IMG/VR virus record: IMGVR_UViG_3300020718_000007
Location: 20,390 to 84,389 of that record
Strand: one strand, 5' to 3'
DNA length: 64,000 bases
Origin: a virus
Lineage: Duplodnaviria; Heunggongvirae; Uroviricota; Caudoviricetes
This document shows, piece by piece, positions 56,834-64,000 of the stretch (position 1 is the stretch's first letter; each line of letters starts with the position of its first letter). The translations under genes and the position numbers were made by a program. A model generated the notes under the pieces. That model did no database searches, had not been told where the DNA came from, and worked only from the letters and a program-made list of their open reading frames with translations.

Positions 56834-57616
56834 ATGAAAACTTTTATTTATTCTATATTAGACCCAAGGCTAAATAAATTAAAGATTTATGTAGGAAAAT
56901 CTAATACCCCTATGAAGAGATTTAAATCGCATATCTCTGAATCTAATAATCTTAATAAAAATACTAAGAAATGTAATTGGCTGAGAAGTATAAGAAAAGA
57001 GGGACTAATACCAATTTTTAATATAATAGAAGAAATTACAATAGAAGAATGGCAGATAAAGGAAAATTATTATATAGATTTATATAAATCATTAGGATAC
57101 GAATTAATAAATATTAGGCCTGGTGGAAATGGAATAAGTATACATAGTGATAATACTTGCTATAAGATATCTACTAGTAGAAGAGGAATAAAAACTGGAC
57201 CCAGGTCAGAAGAAACTAAGATAAGAATTTCTGTTGGGCATATTGGAATAGGAAAGGGAATACAAAAATCAAAAGAAGAGAAGGAAAAAATATCCAATGG
57301 ATTAAAAAAAGCATATAGTGAGAATAGAAAGAAAAAATTAACAGGTATCAAGATTACAGAAGAACATAGAAAGAAAAAATTAACAGGTATCAAGATTACA
57401 GAAGAACATAGAAAGAAAATAGGAATGGGCTTAACCAATAATCCACTCAGACAGAAAAAAATAATTCAATCCGATCCAAACAATAATATCATAAAAGAAT
57501 GGATTTGCGCCAAGGAGATTTGCAAATTTTATGGTTATTCGGAAAGCGGAATACGTCTTTGTTGTACTGGTAGAACTAAACAAGCCTATGGATATTACTG
57601 GAAATATATAGTTTAA
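56834..57616 (+). mobile_element. GIY-YIG-family homing endonuclease with NUMOD3 repeats and NUMOD1 end
   Basis: FIYSILDPR...IYVGKS...RFKSH; KENYYI; LINI..GG; SEETKIRIS; C-terminal GIRLCCTGRTKQAYGYYWKY. Confidence 0.8.
57324..57419 (+). repeat. Exact in-frame 42-bp duplication (RKKKLTGIKITEEH twice plus a partial copy)
   Basis: ATAGAAAGAAAAAATTAACAGGTATCAAGATTACAGAAGAAC repeated. Confidence 0.9.
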
Positions 57617-57623
57617 ATAGAAA

Positions 57624-60600
57624 ATGGCAGCTACAAAAAATTCAATAAGTTCGTTAATTGCTCAGTTCCTGATGCTCCAGAAGAATTCCATGGAGATAAT
57701 TAACAGGCTATCCGATGCAGCAACAACAACAAATGATACTGTTAATATTGAACAGTTGAATAGTGATAATACTACAAGTATTATTAGCGTACCCTCATGG
57801 AGTTATTTATTAAATCGTATCAAAACATTGGATAATAATGTTCAAAGTTTAGCTGGTCTTAATAATGGTACATCTAATATTAGAAACGCAGATGGAAGTG
57901 TATCTAAGATCTATCAATCGAAACCATTAATGGATCCTATTGCACCTACGGCATTAGGAGTACCTTCTACTTTCTCAACAAGAAGTAATTGGTTTTTTGA
58001 TAGTTTTCTAAATCCTTTATTATATGTTTCGGTCCCACTTGATGGTCAAATAGATCCAGGTACTAGGAGTGTTTATGTAAAAAGGGTCATATTAAACCCA
58101 ATAGATGATCTACAAAAGGTATTTTTTGATACTGTATTTAAGGGAAGAAATGATGTAACATTAGATGATTTTTTAAATCAGTTAACTGACCAAAGTATAG
58201 GGTATTTTGCCGATGAATCTATAGTTGATCTTCCATTACAACTTATAAGGTACAAAGGTAACTTTGCAGTACTTAGAGTAATTGATCAAACTGTAACAAC
58301 AACCAATAATGGGGTTACAACTCCACAAACTATCAGGAGATATAAATTAGATACTCTTACCTATACAGATAGTCTTGCTACTGGAACAAACTCTAGCAGG
58401 CAATTAAAAATAGGGGATGGATTAATAACCCCTGGGGGAACTAAATATCAAATACTTGATGTAAATACTGGAGATAATACTATTACCCTAAATAGAATAA
58501 ATGGATATGATCCTATAACAATTGGTGCTGGCTCGCTTGCAATAGATTCAGAAGTACTTTCCCCATTAACTGTGGATATTGGAGTTGGACATGACGAGAG
58601 ACAAGGAGTCTTTATAAAAAACATAGATACTAATCACAACGTTGCTGGTAGTTCTTATAGTCCCGGAATATGTTTCTGGTCTAATGAATTAACTATTAAT
58701 ACTACCGCTGGTGTTGTAAATCTAGATAATTTTTATCAGAATTATGTTTCTGATTTTAGTTCTATTTTATTAGGAAATAGCAAAGAAAATGTTATACCCT
58801 CTGTATATTCTTCTGTTCCTGATGCACCTGTGTTAGTCGCTGATAATTTTAAAGTTCTTGTTATTAACACACAGGTAACACAAACTCCTGCAAATAATAA
58901 ATTTCAAACACAAATACAAGCAAAGGTACAATTACAAAATGATATACAGGCTATTAATACATCCATATCACAGGTACAAAACCAAATAGTAAACCAATCA
59001 GTAACCTCTGTTTCTAAAACCTTTAGCGCAGATACCCAGAAATTATTGCAAAAAGTAACGAATTTATCCCAACAAAAAGTAACAAAAACTCAATTACTTT
59101 CCAGTACAATACAGGATATACAAAATACCTCTTCTGCTAATCCAGAAATACAAGCAGCACCTATTTATAGGGTTAGAGGATTTTGGGCATTTCCTACTGC
59201 AACACCAAATCCTAAAACAGGACCGCAAGAGGTTATTCAATTTAGAATAAGATATAGATATTTAACCTCTGATGGTAATGCCCCATCAACTGCACAGATT
59301 CCATTTACCGATGCAAATGGAACAAAATATACAGGAACATTTTCTAACTGGAACGAATATAAAACAGATATTCGTAAAAAAACATATGATACTGTATCAG
59401 GAACTTTTAAATGGGTTATAGAGGATGTTAGTAATGCGGATACACCAAATGTAAATCAATTGGATATTCCTATTGATAAAGGTGAAAGTGTAGAAATTAA
59501 AATCTCTTCTATTTCAGAAGCTGGCTGGCCAAATAATCCTGCCGAATCTGACTTCTGTCCATCTGTTATAATTGCGTTTCCTGATAATTTAACAGTACAA
59601 TCTGATAATGGACAATACCTACAACAAAATATTGGAGACCAAGCAGTAGCAGCTATGCAAAGTGATTTATCTGCAAAAGGATTAGATACCCACTTAGCTA
59701 CTTCTTTTACAACAGGAAATAAATATTATGCTCATAGTGCTTCCAGTATAACGTCTGGTTTCTTTGATTCAAGCGGTAATGCTATAGATGTTTATCAACA
59801 ACTACTTTCAATGCAACAGGAAATTGATAACCTAAGGGCATTATTAGATCAAGCAAAAGGTGTACTTGGTGTTTCTATACTTCAAGGAAGTGTTGCTACT
59901 CCTGTTACAAACGGAGCAACAATTAACCTATTTGCTGGATATTATAATGAGCTTCTTGATTTAACAAACATATCAAACTGGGGTAAGATAGCAACGGTAA
60001 CTTATCAATTGCAATTAACAAATCAGGCTGCTTCTCCGTTAGAGCTAGCATCATTAATTGCAGGCGGACAAAGTACTTCAGCTTTGGCATCAACTAGTTC
60101 TTTGGCTAGTGTTGATTATTCTACGAATAGAAAATATGATTTAACTACTATTTCCCTATCGTCAATTTTAGATAGTAGTATAGTCCCTGGACTAGTTGGA
60201 AGTGATGCTTTTATACAGGCACCACCATTTCAATCAGGGAATGCAAACTCTCAATATATTTATAGCAGGTATAAATCTGTTGGTTTGGACGAGGATCTTT
60301 ATTTTGTACCACTAAATCCAAATCTTTCGTGGAACCAAGACACTGGTGTAACTTCTGGTATAATTGGTAACGTACCTTCTAACAATGGGGTTCTTTTACC
60401 ATATAGCCCAACGGGTGCTGCACCTGGAACAGCTAATCCAAATATTTGGAATGGTACATATTCTTCGGGTGCGCCATTGGGTAATGGTAAATTAAATGAA
60501 TTTTGTATACATTATCAGCATCCCGTTATTATAAATGAATCTACAACTTCTCTTAGAGGATTTTTTGATCTTGCTAGACCAGTGGAAAGCGTTGGTGTAT

Positions 60601-61166
60601 ATGAATATCCAGAATTTAGACATACTCTTGGATTTGAACTTGGTAGTAATGATACAATAGCAACGGATATTACATCACAAATAAAAACATATCAACAAAT
60701 GCAACTTAATTTACCATCAACTACGGGTTATGGTGCAACAGGAGCAGAAAGTTCTTATCCAATGAAACTTGGATTTAGTGCTAATGATGAATTCTTGGTT
60801 GGTAAATATTCTTGCGGGTCATATTTATTTATGCAACCAGCAAACCATTCTGCGATCCAAATAGAAGGATCCACTACAATAGCATCAAAGATACTTGTAT
60901 ATGGGGTTCAGAATTCTATTAATATCCCTATAACTTTCCAATTTAGGGCAGCAGACAAATTACAATATATTGGAGGATATAGAACTACTGGATCTATAAG
61001 AAATATTACATATACTAAGAAACTAGGAATAGATATACAAGTTAGGGACCAAAGTTTATTTTCTTTTGATTTAATAGTTTCTGGTAGTTATACAAAATCG
61101 GCTATAGCAACACCAGCTTACTCTACATCAAGAATGACCGAAATTGCAGCAGTTAGGTCCTCATAA
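57624..61166 (+). CDS. Large virion structural protein (function unknown)
   Basis: 1180 aa, Gln-rich coiled-coil segments and beta-rich regions; co-oriented in the structural operon. Confidence 0.5.
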   Translation: MAATKNSISSLIAQFLMLQKNSMEIINRLSDAATTTNDTVNIEQLNSDNTTSIISVPSWSYLLNRIKTLDNNVQSLAGLNNGTSNIRNADGSVSKIYQSKPLMDPIAPTALGVPSTFSTRSNWFFDSFLNPLLYVSVPLDGQIDPGTRSVYVKRVILNPIDDLQKVFFDTVFKGRNDVTLDDFLNQLTDQSIGYFADESIVDLPLQLIRYKGNFAVLRVIDQTVTTTNNGVTTPQTIRRYKLDTLTYTDSLATGTNSSRQLKIGDGLITPGGTKYQILDVNTGDNTITLNRINGYDPITIGAGSLAIDSEVLSPLTVDIGVGHDERQGVFIKNIDTNHNVAGSSYSPGICFWSNELTINTTAGVVNLDNFYQNYVSDFSSILLGNSKENVIPSVYSSVPDAPVLVADNFKVLVINTQVTQTPANNKFQTQIQAKVQLQNDIQAINTSISQVQNQIVNQSVTSVSKTFSADTQKLLQKVTNLSQQKVTKTQLLSSTIQDIQNTSSANPEIQAAPIYRVRGFWAFPTATPNPKTGPQEVIQFRIRYRYLTSDGNAPSTAQIPFTDANGTKYTGTFSNWNEYKTDIRKKTYDTVSGTFKWVIEDVSNADTPNVNQLDIPIDKGESVEIKISSISEAGWPNNPAESDFCPSVIIAFPDNLTVQSDNGQYLQQNIGDQAVAAMQSDLSAKGLDTHLATSFTTGNKYYAHSASSITSGFFDSSGNAIDVYQQLLSMQQEIDNLRALLDQAKGVLGVSILQGSVATPVTNGATINLFAGYYNELLDLTNISNWGKIATVTYQLQLTNQAASPLELASLIAGGQSTSALASTSSLASVDYSTNRKYDLTTISLSSILDSSIVPGLVGSDAFIQAPPFQSGNANSQYIYSRYKSVGLDEDLYFVPLNPNLSWNQDTGVTSGIIGNVPSNNGVLLPYSPTGAAPGTANPNIWNGTYSSGAPLGNGKLNEFCIHYQHPVIINESTTSLRGFFDLARPVESVGVYEYPEFRHTLGFELGSNDTIATDITSQIKTYQQMQLNLPSTTGYGATGAESSYPMKLGFSANDEFLVGKYSCGSYLFMQPANHSAIQIEGSTTIASKILVYGVQNSINIPITFQFRAADKLQYIGGYRTTGSIRNITYTKKLGIDIQVRDQSLFSFDLIVSGSYTKSAIATPAYSTSRMTEIAAVRSS

Positions 61167-61178
61167 TTTTAGATAATA

Positions 61179-64000
61179 ATGGCAGAGATTAAAAATAAAT
61201 TCAATTCCTCTTTTGGTGTACTTAGGGCAAATCCCAAAATATCAGGGAATGTTAAAATAACAGTAGATTCCTCAAAAAATCTATGGCTAAATTCAATTGA
61301 TTCCAATGATCAATTATCAAAATCAACTTATAAGGGATTTAAAATTTCTTCTAATTCTGATTTTGCTCAGGATCTATACAAATTTTTTGATAATGGTAAA
61401 ACCCCTGAAGAATTTGTATTTGGCCTTAGGGGAGGAGATACTTCACAAGTACAGACATTTGTCTCGAATTATGAAGACCAGTATGATGGATTTTATTCTA
61501 TTGGTGTGACTCCTTTGGTCTCTGATTTATATTCAGAAGAATTTAGTTATTTTGCTCCTTTTTGGTTAGGAAGAACAATACCTAGTAGCTTTGTTATCTA
61601 TAGGATAGATGATCCAATTGATTTTTCTTATATAAATCCAGTTACATCTCTTATCATTGGACAGAACTATAAAATATTAGGAACTACTGATGATTATTCA
61701 GTTACTTCTAATCTTATCACATATACAAATGGTAATATATTTGTAGCTTCTGACGTATCCTTTACTGTAAATTCAGGACAAGGCAATGTTGTATCTTTAG
61801 ATCCTAATTATAATTATAGTTTAATAGGAGATCCTATTCAACATTTTGAAAATAAAATACTTCCTAAATCTTCAATTGTTGCTAGTTATGATCTTTCTGC
61901 CAATAGTGAGATAGGAAAATACTTAAGGAAAATACAATCCTCTGCTAATTATAAAGAAGCACTAACAGACATAAGATTTGAAGAGAATATAATGACCTAT
62001 TATAATGGAGTAAACTATAGTAGTGGAGTATATGATACAAGGGGTGAATTTTTATTTGATTTTTATAGTAATCCTACCACACAGATAGAATTTGACGAGT
62101 TTATATCTCAGGGATTCAGTAGAAATGGTATAATATCTTATAAATATCTAAATCTAGAATTCCTATTCAATGATACAGAAGCACCTTTATATTCTATTAA
62201 TCGATATTTTGGTGTTTTCGTTGATGAGGTCCCCAGTGGGACCTTCCGCTTAGACGGTGGTAGATTTTTTACTGATGATTATCTAGTTGGAAATACTCCA
62301 CAACCAAAGGGTCCTACTTACATTTCTTCTACCATGGAGAATTCTTTTTATCAAGAAAATCCAAAGGCGATGAGGCTTTTTGTAGATCCAACAACACAAT
62401 GGGGAATATTACCAACTTCCGATATTGTTAATAATAACCCTAGACTATATTACGTCAAGGATAGGAATGGTCAATTCTATAGTTATAAAAGAATAATGGA
62501 TTATTCTAGTAATACAGATCCTTCTTTTATATGGGGAACTAATTTAACAAATCAAAACGATATAGTCTTAAGTAATAAAATAATAGACGTATCTAATTTT
62601 TCTGGTTTAGATTTAACAAAAACTAAACAAATTGATGCGGCCCAAACAATCTCGAAAGGTTGCCCTTATGGAATTATAGATATCAATGGTCCTTTCCTTA
62701 CAGGGGAAGCTATTGTAATCTATCATCCAATAGGTAGAAAAATATTGAATGGTAAGAAGTGTGACATCATTATAGCATCTAATATGTCAACATTAATAGA
62801 AAACTGGGGTCCGGGAAGTTTTTATAGTGTTGGGGATTCAATGTATTTTCATCCATATGGAACAAATATACAAATAGCTAATGCAATCTATGGTGCTATA
62901 AATTCTATATCATATAGGGGTTTTGAGGGATTTCTTTTTGATAATGAAATAGTCTTAAGAACATATGGGGCAGGATATAATTATAATTTTTCGTTTTCTA
63001 TTGATTGCTTTAATAATTTAAGCGCATTAACAAGAATTGGAAGAAGCAATGTATTTTCTGTTAATGGAATAGATGCTTTGGATTTTAGATATGAGCAATA
63101 TTTTATAGGAGGTACAGATACCATAAAAAATAGACTAAAAATAAAAATAGCTGATTCGCATAATATAGTTCCCGGAAAATCTGCAATTAGAACAAATTCA
63201 GGAGTTTCTATTATAGACAATATATTTGCTTATGTTGATGATGTTAATAAAAATACACGTAATGACACCTTAACTGACTATAAAACACACGCAATTATCA
63301 CTTACGTAGATTATATTCAAACGGCTAAAATCGGCTATTTAGGCAAGATAATTATTGAAGAGATTTATGAAAATGAATCAGGAGTATTTTCATTATATCC
63401 AATTAAAGACATGGATTATGATTGGTGGTATTCAGAATATAACATTAATCCTACTGAAGAATACTATAGATATTTAGATCTACAGCCGGGGGGAGTTTCT
63501 AAAATAATGCCAGGACAAACTTATTGTGTTAATGGGGGTTGTTCTATCTCCTATAATGGTATAATTTATGGAGATACTGGTCTCTCTCCAACTATTTGGA
63601 CCTTTATTGGTACTTCTAATGAAAGTTTTGATATAATAACTAAATCTCCTGATGCTAGATTTGTAGTAATTCCATTAGCATTTACTAAAAATCCTTTAAC
63701 TGGTGCAGAATTTGGATCTCCTGAACCACTCACTGATCTAGATAATTTCCCGGGATTTACTGGGATACAGGATATTAAATTTATTGATGATACTAATACC
63801 ATAATTACTAAAAATGATCAAATGAATTTTGGTAAATTAGATACAGAGTATGAAGTTTTAAAAGAAAACTACCAAAAACAATTTGTTACATTATCTAGAA
63901 TAACCCCTTGGATAACAAAATGGGTATATGAGGGAGGTATAGATGCTAGGGGAAATGAATATAGGTTAAATATTCATCCTGCATTTACCCCATTTAATTT
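61179..64000 (+). CDS. Large structural protein, partial (runs off window end; absent from ORF track)
   Basis: ATG at 61179 gives MAEIKNKFNSSFGVLRANPKISGNVKITVDS...; the same frame reads ...GGIDARGNEYRLNIHPAFTPFN at the window edge (about 940 codons). Confidence 0.75.
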   Translation, partial: MAEIKNKFNSSFGVLRANPKISGNVKITVDSSKNLWLNSIDSNDQLSKSTYKGFKISSNSDFAQDLYKFFDNGKTPEEFVFGLRGGDTSQVQTFVSNYEDQYDGFYSIGVTPLVSDLYSEEFSYFAPFWLGRTIPSSFVIYRIDDPIDFSYINPVTSLIIGQNYKILGTTDDYSVTSNLITYTNGNIFVASDVSFTVNSGQGNVVSLDPNYNYSLIGDPIQHFENKILPKSSIVASYDLSANSEIGKYLRKIQSSANYKEALTDIRFEENIMTYYNGVNYSSGVYDTRGEFLFDFYSNPTTQIEFDEFISQGFSRNGIISYKYLNLEFLFNDTEAPLYSINRYFGVFVDEVPSGTFRLDGGRFFTDDYLVGNTPQPKGPTYISSTMENSFYQENPKAMRLFVDPTTQWGILPTSDIVNNNPRLYYVKDRNGQFYSYKRIMDYSSNTDPSFIWGTNLTNQNDIVLSNKIIDVSNFSGLDLTKTKQIDAAQTISKGCPYGIIDINGPFLTGEAIVIYHPIGRKILNGKKCDIIIASNMSTLIENWGPGSFYSVGDSMYFHPYGTNIQIANAIYGAINSISYRGFEGFLFDNEIVLRTYGAGYNYNFSFSIDCFNNLSALTRIGRSNVFSVNGIDALDFRYEQYFIGGTDTIKNRLKIKIADSHNIVPGKSAIRTNSGVSIIDNIFAYVDDVNKNTRNDTLTDYKTHAIITYVDYIQTAKIGYLGKIIIEEIYENESGVFSLYPIKDMDYDWWYSEYNINPTEEYYRYLDLQPGGVSKIMPGQTYCVNGGCSISYNGIIYGDTGLSPTIWTFIGTSNESFDIITKSPDARFVVIPLAFTKNPLTGAEFGSPEPLTDLDNFPGFTGIQDIKFIDDTNTIITKNDQMNFGKLDTEYEVLKENYQKQFVTLSRITPWITKWVYEGGIDARGNEYRLNIHPAFTPFN

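Noticed and set aside
56830-57623. Intron-borne endonuclease splitting a structural gene
   Set aside because: Only 4-7 nt separate it from complete flanking ORFs, leaving no room for ribozyme structure outside the ORF
1-64000. Alternative genetic code (TAG or TGA readthrough as in some megaphages)
   Set aside because: Genes are long and contiguous in the standard code, and TAG/TGA end genes cleanly just before the next start (e.g. 33052, 56829, 27373)
1-64000. tRNA, rRNA, tmRNA genes or CRISPR arrays
   Set aside because: Intergenic gaps are mostly under 120 nt and none shows a cloverleaf, T-loop/CCA signature or repeat-spacer pattern by eye; a tRNAscan/Infernal run would be needed to exclude them fully

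Overview
This AT-rich window is from a large T4-like (Gp23-capsid, contractile-tail) myophage genome, read in the standard code (TAA, TAG and TGA all act as stops). Several clues suggest a Bacteroidota host. Order: major capsid protein; a block of putative head-packaged proteins carrying T4-like capsid-targeting leaders; a kinase/AsnB-like amidotransferase pair; a RimK ATP-grasp ligase fused to an aspartic protease; an 11.4 kb glycan-synthesis island (about six or seven glycosyltransferases including a GT11 fucosyltransferase, three methyltransferase domains, a CDP-sugar epimerase, kdsD and kdsA); then baseplate, spike, neck and fibre genes interrupted by an S1-domain protein, degenerate enzymes and PhoH. 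Five free-standing endonuclease genes are scattered through it. Two candidate promoter classes can be read directly: (G/A/T)ATATATA before structural and head genes, and G(A/T)AA(C/T)TTT-N14/15-TATAAT before non-structural genes. The best leads are (1) a phage-encoded KDO/fucose glycan pathway partly under late-type motifs, possibly glycosylating the virion; (2) a large set of leader-tagged head cargo proteins, including a possible polyprotein; (3) a possible translation-remodelling set (RimK-protease fusion, S1-like protein, EF-Ts-like motif); (4) a dead kdsD stub replaced by an inverted endonuclease-kdsD cassette. All functional calls come from motif recognition by eye; no searches were run.
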